Origin: Bacillus subtilis subsp. subtilis str. 168 | GTDB taxonomy: Bacteria > Bacillota > Bacilli > Bacillales > Bacillaceae | Direction of reading: 5' to 3' | Length of the DNA stretch: 32,000 nucleotides | Assembly (NCBI RefSeq): GCF_000009045.1 | Contig: NC_000964.3 | Span: 2,760,001-2,792,000 of the forward strand | Shown here: one piece after another, positions 19,462 through 29,685 of the stretch | Layout of the letters: every line of letters begins with the position of its first letter | Numbering within the stretch: position 1 is the first letter of the stretch | The notes under the pieces: model-generated | Told to the model about the DNA's origin: nothing | The model's database searches: none | What the model saw: only the letters and a program-made list of their open reading frames with translations | Program-made: the position numbers and the translations under genes

Positions 19462-20262
19462 TCATGACACCTGCTTCATTTCTTTTCTGGAGCGGTCTTT
19501 CTTATGATATGCAATAAAATAAATGAGACCGACAAATACAGCTCCGCCGATGACATTACCGATAAAAGCCGGAATGATGTTTCCGATGAACTGCCCCCAC
19601 GTGAATGAGCCTGCAAAAATGGCAGCAGGAATCACAAACATGTTGGCGACAACGTGCTGAAATCCGATAGCCACAAAAGCCATGATTGGGAACCAGATGC
19701 CAAGGATTTTTCCTGCTGCGTCTTGGGCGCCGAAAGAAAGCCACACTGCAAGACATACAAGCCAGTTACAGCCGATGGCGGAAATGAGAACCTTGCCAAA
19801 GCTCATATCAAGCTTTCCTTGGGCAACGGCAATCGTTTTTTCTAAATAAGGACCTGTTTCAGTCAATCCAACCAAATGCCCGAAAAAGTAAGCAACAAAC
19901 AATGCGCCGATTAAGTTCATAATTGTGACGATTCCCCAGTTAATCGCTAACTCTTTTACTGATATTTTTCTCGAAAATAACGCCATCGCAACTGACATCA
20001 TATTGCCTGTGATCAGTTCAGCGCCAGCGAGAACGACAAGGATCAGGCCGACTGGAAATACTGCTGCACCAATCAAACTGGACAGGCTCCCCCATTCTTT
20101 CGGAAGATCGCCAATTACCCTGATATCAAGCAAATACCCAAGCGCGATAAATGCACCGCCTAAAAACCCCAGCACAAGCAGTGACGGCAGCGGGAGCTTT
20201 ATTTTTTTCATCCCTGCTTCAATTGCTGCTTCCGCTATTTCATCCGGTTTTCGAAAAGCCAT
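19462..20262 (-). CDS. yrhG: Formate/nitrite transporter family (FocA/NirC-like) protein
   Basis: 266 aa with FNT signatures (GAELITGNMMSVAMALFSRKISVKELAINW ... CNWLVCLAVWLSFGAQDAAGKILGIWFPIMAFVAIGFQHVVANMF). Confidence 0.92.
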   Translation of the reverse strand: MAFRKPDEIAEAAIEAGMKKIKLPLPSLLVLGFLGGAFIALGYLLDIRVIGDLPKEWGSLSSLIGAAVFPVGLILVVLAGAELITGNMMSVAMALFSRKISVKELAINWGIVTIMNLIGALFVAYFFGHLVGLTETGPYLEKTIAVAQGKLDMSFGKVLISAIGCNWLVCLAVWLSFGAQDAAGKILGIWFPIMAFVAIGFQHVVANMFVIPAAIFAGSFTWGQFIGNIIPAFIGNVIGGAVFVGLIYFIAYHKKDRSRKEMKQVS

Positions 20263-20315
20263 AATAAAACGCCTCCATTACTTCTTCTTTTCTCACAGTT
20301 ATGCAAGAAAGGCAA

Positions 20316-20369
20316 TAAAAAAGGCAGCACTCAAATAACCTGTGTCAAACCAGGCGTTTGAATGCTGCC
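20316..20369 (-). terminator. Rho-independent terminator or leader attenuator between yrhF and yrhG
   Basis: Minus-strand GGCAGCATTCAAA ... TTTGAGTGCTGCC followed by TTTTTTATTG. Confidence 0.8.
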
Positions 20370-20524
20370 TAACTTGTATGCATACCCATACAACAATATC
20401 AAGCAGTATATAAGATATTGAAAGAGAATATATACAGTTCGTGCATACATTCCATTGCTTTAGCCTTCTATAACTGTAGCAACATCATATCAAATGTGAC
20501 AAATTTGTGTCAATGACAAATATA

Positions 20525-20893
20525 CTAGCTTTGCAGAGCTTCTTTTTGCTCATCTATTTTTCGGTCAAAAACAAATACAGATACAGCGATGTTTTCCTCA
20601 ATTTTAATATCAGAAAACAAATGGACTAGCTTAGCTCCCATAAGTTCCTCCATTCCTTCCGGTGTTTGTTTGGAATAAAGGTCTTGAATTAGGCTTGTCC
20701 GGGCCGCATGTACCATCTCTCTTCCTTCAGGCGTGCGGGCAATAAACTGCTCGCTTGCACTCAGATTTCCGTATAGTGTTGAAACTGCCATGTTTTCTAC
20801 AAATACAGTATGAATTCTCTCAGGCCCTTTTCCGAACAATTCTTTGCGAAGTTTTCGAATAATATCATTGAATTCATGAATTTTTTTAGACAT
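20525..20893 (-). CDS. yrhF: DUF2294 family protein
   Basis: 122 aa (NDIIRKLRKELFGKGPERIHTVFVENMAVSTLYGNLSASE...), a DUF2294-like sequence. Divergent from yrhE. Confidence 0.85.
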   Translation of the reverse strand: MSKKIHEFNDIIRKLRKELFGKGPERIHTVFVENMAVSTLYGNLSASEQFIARTPEGREMVHAARTSLIQDLYSKQTPEGMEELMGAKLVHLFSDIKIEENIAVSVFVFDRKIDEQKEALQS

Positions 20894-21202
20894 GCTGATT
20901 ACCCCTTCCGATATTGCCTTATAAAGGCTTTTCCCGGTTCCCCTCAGGACATTTCACTTGGTTAAAATTTTCCTGCCATATTGTATTATAATAAATATCA
21001 CATTATAATAAAAGCAGTGTTGATGGATTTGTAATAGGATCTTGTTATGAGTCTATCGTTTTATAAAAATCAAGGATTGGTCTGTTAGTAAGACTTGCTA
21101 GTGAACTATTCCGCCATGTGTGTTTACACCTTCTTAGAATTAAGGGCAGGTGTATCTATACATGGCTTTTTTTGACTTCTTGAAAGAAAGATGGAGGGGA
21201 AT

Positions 21203-24151
21203 ATGAATATGATGGACGTTAAGTCGATCAGTGTCCGTGTAGACGGAACAGAAATTCAAGCACGAGCAGGGGCCACAATTTTAGATATTTTAAATGAAAA
21301 CGGAATTGAGTACCCGCAGATTTGCCACGTACCAGAGGTTGACCCGATTCAAACTTGTGATACTTGCATAGTAGAGGCAAACGGCAAGCTGGTTCGTTCA
21401 TGCGCGACGGTTGCAGAAAACGGGATGTCTATTGATCTTTCAGGAAATCGAGTGAAAGAAGCGCAAACCGAAGCGATGGACCGCCTTCTTGAAAATCATT
21501 TGCTGTATTGTACAGTTTGCGATAACAACAATGGAAACTGTACGCTGCATAATACAGCGGAAATGATGGGGATCGAGCATCAAAAATACCCATACACGCC
21601 AAAAGAAGATCCTTCTTGCGCGGTTGATATGTCTCATCCTTTTTACCGCTATGATCCAAACCAATGTATTGCCTGCGGCCAGTGTGTTGAGGTCTGTCAA
21701 AACCTTCAGGTAAATGAAACACTCTCAATCGACTGGGAACGCGAACGCCCTCGCGTCATTTGGGATGAGGGAGTTCCGATCAATGAATCTTCCTGTGTCA
21801 GCTGCGGTCAGTGTGTAACAGTATGTCCATGTAATGCACTGATGGAAAAATCAATGCTCGGGCAGGCTGGTTTTATGACAGGCATTAAAGAGGACGTCAT
21901 GGAACCGATGATTGATCTCGTGAAAAATGTTGAACCGGGGTATGGCAGCATTTTTGCCATTTCTGAAGTCGAAGCGGCAATGCGTGAAACGAGAACGAAA
22001 AAAACGAAAACTGTATGTACGTTCTGCGGTGTCGGATGTTCATTTGAAGTATGGACAAAAGGACGGGATATTTTAAAGATCCAGCCTGTTTCTGATGCTC
22101 CGGTTAACGCAATTTCCACATGTGTCAAAGGGAAATTCGGCTGGGATTTTGTCAATTCAAAAGAGCGGATCACAAAGCCTTTAATCCGTAAAAACGGAGC
22201 CTTTGTGGAATCTTCTTGGGAAGAAGCCCTCGATCTTGTCGCAAGCAGATTAGGATCAATTAAAGAGCAGTACGGTAAAGGCTCTGTAGGGTTTATTTCT
22301 TCTTCTAAAATTACGAATGAAGAAAACTACGTCATTCAAAAACTAGCGCGTCAGGTATTTGAAACAAACAACGTCGATAACTGCTCACGCTACTGCCAGT
22401 CTCCTGCTACAGACGGATTGTTCCGCACTGTCGGCATGGGCGGTGACGCCGGCACGATTAAAGATATTGCCAAAGCAGGCCTGGTCATCATTGTCGGTGC
22501 CAATCCGGCGGAAGGACACCCAGTGCTCGCAACACGCGTCAAACGGGCACACAAGCTCCACGGTCAAAAACTGATTGTTGCTGACCTGCGTAAAAATGAG
22601 ATGGCTGAGCGATCTGATCTGTTCATCAGCCCTAAACAAGGCACAGACCAAGTTTGGCTGATGGCTGTTACGAAATATATGATCGACCAAGGCTGGCACG
22701 ATCAGGCGTTTATTGATGAGAACGTCAATTACTTTGAAGATTATAAAGAAACCCTTAAAACGTATACGCTTGATTATGCAGAACGCATCACAGGCCTTTC
22801 AAAAGAAAACATCATTCAAATTGCTGAAATGATTCGTGATGCTGACGGCACTTGTGTCCTTTGGGGAATGGGTGTCACACAAAATACAGGCGGTTCTGAT
22901 ACATCAGCAGCCATTTCAAACCTGCTTCTCGCTACGGGCAACTATCGCCGTCCAGGTGCCGGCGCTTATCCTCTGCGCGGACACAATAACGTGCAAGGCG
23001 CATGTGATATGGGAACATTGCCTGGCTGGCTGCCGGGATATCAGCATATTACAGATGACAAAGCACGCGCTAAATTTGAAGAGGCATATGGTGTCGAGAT
23101 TGATGGAAAGCCTGGTTTAGATAATATTCAAATGCTTCATGCCATTGAAGAAGGAAAAATGAAAGCTATGTATCTTGTCGGTGAGGATATGGCACTGGTC
23201 GATTCAAACGCGAACCATGTGCATGATATTTTATCAAGCCTTGATTTCTTCGTGGTACAGGACATCTTCCTGTCAAGAACAGCTCAATATGCTGATGTCG
23301 TCTTGCCGGCCACTCCTTCACTTGAAAAAGACGGAACATTTACCAACACAGAACGCCGTGTCCAGCGATTGTATCAGGCGCTTCCGACGCTTGGTGACGC
23401 AAAACCGGACTGGTGGATTATTCAAGAGGTGGCAAACCGTTTAGGAGCGAATTGGAATTACAGCCATCCAAGTGACATTTTCTCTGAAATGGCGAGTCTT
23501 TCTCCTCTGTTTGCCAAAGCAAGCTATGAGGTGCTTGAAGGCTGGAACAGCTTCCTATGGGGCAGCTTCACAGGTGAAAGCACACCGCTTCTGTATGAAG
23601 ACGGATTTAATTTCCCTGACAAAAAAGCCCGCTTTGCCCTTTCTGATTGGACCGAGCCAGCGGCATTTCCGGAGGAATATGACCTTCATATCAATAACGG
23701 CCGGATGCTGGAGCATTTCCACGAAGGAAACATGACAAATAAATCGAAAGGCATCCAAGCGAAAGTGCCGAATGTATTCGTTGAGATCTCACCTGAGCTT
23801 GCACAAGAGCGAGGTGTTTGTGACGGTTCGCTTGTACGGCTCGTTTCTCCGTTCGGAGCAGTCAAATTGAACGCGCTGATCACAGACCGGGTACGGAAAA
23901 ATGAACTCTATTTGCCAATGAACTCGACAGACAAGGAGTCAGCGATTAACTTCTTGACGGGCCCTGCAGCTGATAAACGGACGAACACGCCTGCTTATAA
24001 ACAGACAAAGGTCCGCATGGAAGTGCTTGGCGGCTGTGAAACAGCGCCGCTTCCAAAAACAAATCCGCGCAACAAAAAACGGCATCCGCAAAACGGAGTC
24101 GAAGCAGAAAGAAAATGGAACCGCCCTGGCTATGTACATCTGACTGATTAA
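21203..24151 (+). CDS. yrhE: Formate dehydrogenase-like molybdopterin oxidoreductase, Cys form, with N-terminal Fe-S domains
   Basis: [2Fe-2S] CHVPEVDPIQTCDTC, two ferredoxin clusters (CIACGQCVEVC, CVSCGQCVTVC) and Mo-bisMGD domain (CTFCGVGCSFEVW, NNVDNCSRYCQSPAT) with Cys where selenoenzymes have Sec. GGAGGGG sits just before ATG 21203; 21209 is an alternative. Confidence 0.93.
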   Translation: MNMMDVKSISVRVDGTEIQARAGATILDILNENGIEYPQICHVPEVDPIQTCDTCIVEANGKLVRSCATVAENGMSIDLSGNRVKEAQTEAMDRLLENHLLYCTVCDNNNGNCTLHNTAEMMGIEHQKYPYTPKEDPSCAVDMSHPFYRYDPNQCIACGQCVEVCQNLQVNETLSIDWERERPRVIWDEGVPINESSCVSCGQCVTVCPCNALMEKSMLGQAGFMTGIKEDVMEPMIDLVKNVEPGYGSIFAISEVEAAMRETRTKKTKTVCTFCGVGCSFEVWTKGRDILKIQPVSDAPVNAISTCVKGKFGWDFVNSKERITKPLIRKNGAFVESSWEEALDLVASRLGSIKEQYGKGSVGFISSSKITNEENYVIQKLARQVFETNNVDNCSRYCQSPATDGLFRTVGMGGDAGTIKDIAKAGLVIIVGANPAEGHPVLATRVKRAHKLHGQKLIVADLRKNEMAERSDLFISPKQGTDQVWLMAVTKYMIDQGWHDQAFIDENVNYFEDYKETLKTYTLDYAERITGLSKENIIQIAEMIRDADGTCVLWGMGVTQNTGGSDTSAAISNLLLATGNYRRPGAGAYPLRGHNNVQGACDMGTLPGWLPGYQHITDDKARAKFEEAYGVEIDGKPGLDNIQMLHAIEEGKMKAMYLVGEDMALVDSNANHVHDILSSLDFFVVQDIFLSRTAQYADVVLPATPSLEKDGTFTNTERRVQRLYQALPTLGDAKPDWWIIQEVANRLGANWNYSHPSDIFSEMASLSPLFAKASYEVLEGWNSFLWGSFTGESTPLLYEDGFNFPDKKARFALSDWTEPAAFPEEYDLHINNGRMLEHFHEGNMTNKSKGIQAKVPNVFVEISPELAQERGVCDGSLVRLVSPFGAVKLNALITDRVRKNELYLPMNSTDKESAINFLTGPAADKRTNTPAYKQTKVRMEVLGGCETAPLPKTNPRNKKRHPQNGVEAERKWNRPGYVHLTD

Positions 24152-24169
24152 ACGATAGGAGGAAAACGA

Positions 24170-24652
24170 ATGGCCACTCCGATTACGACGATCAAAAAAG
24201 AAACAAAAACAGCTGAGCAAATTAAGCTTGAAAAAATAGAAGAACTGAAAGAGCTGCTGGCGGAAAATGAGGACGCCGTCTCTAAAACGATGACGTTAAT
24301 GAATGAACTCAATGATCTTGGAATTTTTGATGCGGCAACAAGCATGCTCAGAGCGAAGGAAGACATTGCCAAGATTGCGCTTGGCCAAGTTTCCCGCGAG
24401 CCTGTCACCAACCTCATCAACACGATGATGGCCGCCGGAGGCGCATTGACAAAAGCCGATCCTGAGTTTACAGCAAAGCTTTTAGAAAGCGTAATGGCTG
24501 GGACTGAACAGGCACAAAGCTTTTTAAAAGAAGACAAGAAAGTCGGGATTCTCGACCTGTTAAAAGCAATGAACGATCCTGACATCAACAGAGCCGTCGG
24601 GTTCGGCCTTCAGTTTTTAAAAGGCATGGGAAAAGAACTTCGAGAACAATAA
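24170..24652 (+). CDS. yrhD: DUF1641 family protein, formate dehydrogenase-associated
   Basis: 160 aa (LIKAMNDPDINRAVGFGLQFLKGMGKELRE), 18 nt downstream of yrhE with GGAGG. The same pairing is known for yjgC-yjgD. Confidence 0.9.
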   Translation: MATPITTIKKETKTAEQIKLEKIEELKELLAENEDAVSKTMTLMNELNDLGIFDAATSMLRAKEDIAKIALGQVSREPVTNLINTMMAAGGALTKADPEFTAKLLESVMAGTEQAQSFLKEDKKVGILDLLKAMNDPDINRAVGFGLQFLKGMGKELREQ

Positions 24653-24655
24653 CAG

Positions 24656-24689
24656 AAAAACAGCCATCTCTGATGATGGCTGTTTTTTT
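24656..24689. terminator. Bidirectional terminator between yrhD and yrhC
   Basis: AAAAACAGCCATC tctgat GATGGCTGTTTTTTT between convergent genes, with T/A tracts on both sides. Confidence 0.9.
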
Positions 24690-24918
24690 ATTCGTCGGCT
24701 TCTTCCAGACGCTTCTTGTAAATAAGTGAACGGTCAGCGCAAAAGAAGGCACCGGCTAAAAATACGCAATCCGCTAAAAACATCGTCGATTTCTGGCCTA
24801 ATGTTAAGCCTTGATCAGGGAGAACTGCGCCTATATATAAAAAAGTGCTGACTGCAAGCAATGTAAAAGCAAAATGCTTGTAGTCTTCTTTTAAAGATTT
24901 CATTCTATTTTTGTTCAA
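24688..24918 (-). CDS. yrhC: YrhC-like small membrane protein
   Basis: TTG start with AGGTG six nt upstream gives 76 aa with two TM segments. Last gene after mccB. Confidence 0.82.
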   Translation of the reverse strand: MNKNRMKSLKEDYKHFAFTLLAVSTFLYIGAVLPDQGLTLGQKSTMFLADCVFLAGAFFCADRSLIYKKRLEEADE

Positions 24919-25000
24919 AAGAATCACCTGCCAGATTCATAGTATACGACTATTATAATATAATCCGGCGGCTTACAGAGAAAGTAATTCTATCCATTTG

Positions 25001-27065
<2,065 letters not shown>

Positions 27066-27129
27066 ATATGTCCTCCTCCTTAATAGAGGTTGTTTTTAGA
27101 GAAAAACGGAGGAGAACGTTCTCCCCGTT

Positions 27130-27825
27130 TTAATGAATTCGTTTGATCACCTTTAACACAAGCTCTGTTGAATGAACAGCCGCCTGCTCTAAAAATTGGT
27201 CAAATGAAACATGTGATTCTTTGCCTGCGATATCTGATAACGCTCTGATGACGACAAACGGCGTTTTAAATTGATGGCATACTTGAGCCACTGCCGCAGC
27301 CTCCATTTCAACCGCGTACAGATCAGAAAATCTCGCACGCACCTCTTCAACCCGCTTCGGATCGTTCATGAAAGAATCGCCTGTTGCAATCGTTCCTTTT
27401 GCAACCTGAATGCCGTCGAGTTCAGATACCGCTTCTTCAGTGATGCTGATCAGCTTTTCATCCGCCGCATAAGCAGCCGGAAGACCCGGCACTTGGCCGT
27501 ATTCATAGTCAAAAGCCGTTACGTCTACATCATGGTGGCGAACGTCAGTGGAAATGACGACATCCCCTACATTCAATGTATGATGAAATCCGCCGGCTGA
27601 GCCTGTGTTAATGACATAATCAGGCTTGTAACGGTCAAGCAGAAGCGTCGTGCTGATAGCAGCATTTACTTTTCCAATTCCTGATTTTAAAAGAATCACT
27701 TCAGTTCCTTCATATTCGCCTGTTGTAAATTCACAGTGTGCGATCGTTTCTGTTTTTGCATTTTCAAGTTTGTTTCTTAAGATGGTAACTTCCTCTTCCA
27801 TTGCTCCGATGACTGCTAGTCTCAT
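27130..27825 (-). CDS. mtnN: 5'-methylthioadenosine/S-adenosylhomocysteine nucleosidase
   Basis: 231 aa ([16 protein letters not shown] ... [10 protein letters not shown] ... [12 protein letters not shown] ... VIRALSDIA), typical MTA/SAH nucleosidase. Confidence 0.96.
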   Translation of the reverse strand: MRLAVIGAMEEEVTILRNKLENAKTETIAHCEFTTGEYEGTEVILLKSGIGKVNAAISTTLLLDRYKPDYVINTGSAGGFHHTLNVGDVVISTDVRHHDVDVTAFDYEYGQVPGLPAAYAADEKLISITEEAVSELDGIQVAKGTIATGDSFMNDPKRVEEVRARFSDLYAVEMEAAAVAQVCHQFKTPFVVIRALSDIAGKESHVSFDQFLEQAAVHSTELVLKVIKRIH

Positions 27826-27845
27826 CTATTCACATTCCCTTCACT

Positions 27846-28487
27846 TTACCGTTTGATCGCCTCCATTATCCACACGAAGTCGTTTTGCTGAGTGAATCGG
27901 ACTGCAAAACCTTCAGCTGTAAACATTTCTTTCAACGCATCCAATGTAGGATAATGCTCTGTCTCTAAATCATTTGCAAGCTGATAAAAGCCTTGAGAAC
28001 GGGCTTTATCGATAGCCTGTTGATACGCTTGCGCATTTTCAAAGACGGTATCGGCAAACACTATTTTATCATGCAAGTGAAGGTATTTGCCATATTGCTT
28101 TATGGCAGCCCGCTTTTCTTCGTCAGTCAAATGATGAAAAGCATATGAACTGACAATCGTATCAGCCTGAAATGGCGGCTCAGGGAATGTCAGGAAGTCT
28201 CCATCAACGATTTCCGTCCTGCCTGAGAGCTTGTCAGAAGCCAGTTTACGCATTGCTGGAGAAGGTTCGATTCCAAATACAGTTTTGCCTGCATCGAGCA
28301 GCTTAGCTGTCAAATTCCCGGTCCCCGGGCCAAATTCTAACACATGCGTTCCAGATTTTCTGACGATGGCATCAAGGATATGATCGTAGCCTCTGAACGC
28401 TTCTTTATACTGAATATCTAAACCTTGTACTGTTTGATCATAAGTTGCTGCCCAATCTTCAAAGAGAGGGATAAATTCACGGCCCAT
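27846..28487 (-). CDS. yrrT: SAM-dependent methyltransferase YrrT
   Basis: 213 aa from MGREFIPLFEDWAATYDQTVQG with motif I VLEFGPGTGNLTAKLL. First gene of the sulfur operon. Confidence 0.93.
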   Translation of the reverse strand: MGREFIPLFEDWAATYDQTVQGLDIQYKEAFRGYDHILDAIVRKSGTHVLEFGPGTGNLTAKLLDAGKTVFGIEPSPAMRKLASDKLSGRTEIVDGDFLTFPEPPFQADTIVSSYAFHHLTDEEKRAAIKQYGKYLHLHDKIVFADTVFENAQAYQQAIDKARSQGFYQLANDLETEHYPTLDALKEMFTAEGFAVRFTQQNDFVWIMEAIKR

Positions 28488-28510
28488 ATTTGTCACACTC
28501 CATATTTAAT

Positions 28511-28536
28511 AATTCCTATAAGTATACTATGGATTA
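28511..28536 (-). promoter_or_regulatory. Likely CymR operator overlapping the yrrT operon promoter
   Basis: The minus strand reads TAATCCATAGTATACTTATAGGAATT, matching the CymR-type TAAWNC...GGAATT box. A TATACT -10-like hexamer lies inside. Confidence 0.7.
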
Positions 28537-28679
28537 ATGATGGAACAGTTCCTATAATACCACATATTCTGAAAAGCAGGTACTAAAACACTTTGTGTAT
28601 TTTATGCCATCTCATATTGCGCATTGACCGCAAAAAAGCTTATACTTCATATGACTTGTGAAAGCTGGAGGGTCAAGAC

Positions 28680-28883
28680 ATGAATTTTCAATTAGATCTG
28701 ATTAAAGACAAAGTGGAATTTTTTGAAGCGGCTTCATTGCAGGAGCTTGAAAAGAAAATCAATACACAAATTGAAAACAATAAAGCCATCATGCTCCGGG
28801 TGAAATCTGTTTCACACCAAACTCTTGTGGCAGAAGGAAGAATATTGTACAGCGCGGTGGTTCATTTCTCAGCTGAAGCCTAA
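28680..28883 (+). CDS. yrzA: YrzA family small protein (DUF2536-like)
   Basis: 67 aa MNFQLDLIKDKVEFFEAASLQELEKKINTQIENNKAIMLRVKSVSHQTLVAEGRILYSAVVHFSAEA, preceded by GGAGGG. Confidence 0.82.
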   Translation: MNFQLDLIKDKVEFFEAASLQELEKKINTQIENNKAIMLRVKSVSHQTLVAEGRILYSAVVHFSAEA

Positions 28884-28922
28884 AACAAAAGCAGCCGGTT
28901 TTAACCCGGCTGCTTTTGTTTA
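28884..28922. terminator. Bidirectional terminator between yrzA and yrrS
   Basis: AACAAAAGCAGCCGG ttttaa CCCGGCTGCTTTTGTTTT between convergent genes. Confidence 0.9.
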
Positions 28923-29621
28923 TTTTAGCTTTTCTACTTTTGTCGGCTTCCAGCCTTTTTCATCGACCCATGTAATCGTGACTTGATATTTATTCCCAGT
29001 CGCCTTGTCCAAAATCTTGCCTTTGGCATCCTGAGGGCTGCCGTTATTTCCAAGCCAGAGCACCGTCATGTTATCTGTTGAGACACCAGTTGCGTACGAA
29101 ATGGCTTTCAGCATCTCAGCCCAGTCTTGTGAGCTTGAATCATAAGTAGCGGCATGCTCGCCAGTCTGCTCAGTTCCGACTGCTTTCCAGTCAGGATTTT
29201 CATACGTTTTTTCCACATCGCTCGATGAGCCGCCTTCTGTTACTTTTGCATCTTTAAGCCCGTCACCGGCTGAATCTGAGCTTGAATCTGAATCAGAGTC
29301 ATCTTTTTTAGAAGAAGAATCATCTTTTTTGGAATCAGAGTCAGAAGACTTCTCAGAATCCTTTTCGCTGTCAGATGTATCTTTCTTGCTGTCTTTTATA
29401 TCCTCATCCGATTTCTTTTCCGTCTTTCCTGAAGCCGGAGATTCCTGTTTTTGCGCCGTTTCAGAATCCTTGCTGACATCTTTGCTAGAAGGACTGTTAA
29501 TGAAGAGATTCGCTGCTACTACGACAATTAGTATGGATACGATTGCGATTAAAATGTTAAGCACTAAATTGGCTTTTCTGCGTTTATCACGATTTTCATA
29601 ACGAGATTGATTATTGCTCAA
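28920..29621 (-). CDS. yrrS: Membrane-anchored YrrS (DUF1510) protein
   Basis: 233 aa with N-terminal TM, long Ser/Asp/Lys-rich linker and C-terminal globular domain (DNMTVLWLGNNGSPQDAKGKILDKATGNKYQVTITWVDEKGWKPTKVEKL). Downstream of pbpI. Confidence 0.9.
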   Translation of the reverse strand: MSNNQSRYENRDKRRKANLVLNILIAIVSILIVVVAANLFINSPSSKDVSKDSETAQKQESPASGKTEKKSDEDIKDSKKDTSDSEKDSEKSSDSDSKKDDSSSKKDDSDSDSSSDSAGDGLKDAKVTEGGSSSDVEKTYENPDWKAVGTEQTGEHAATYDSSSQDWAEMLKAISYATGVSTDNMTVLWLGNNGSPQDAKGKILDKATGNKYQVTITWVDEKGWKPTKVEKLK

Positions 29622-29685
29622 TAATTCTGCACTCCTTTATCCCTCTTGGCTCAGCATATATTTTAACATGTGCTGAGAAGTTGTT

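Noticed and set aside
22385-22699. Minus-strand 104-aa ORF inside yrhE
   Set aside because: Antisense to the molybdopterin oxidoreductase core.
21203-24151. Possible selenocysteine enzyme in yrhE
   Set aside because: The active-site position in NNVDNCSRYCQSPAT is encoded as Cys and there is no in-frame TGA.
24148-24588. Minus-strand 146-aa ORF opposite yrhD
   Set aside because: The plus-strand frame has an RBS, family-like sequence and operon context. The minus-strand frame looks like a reverse-complement shadow.
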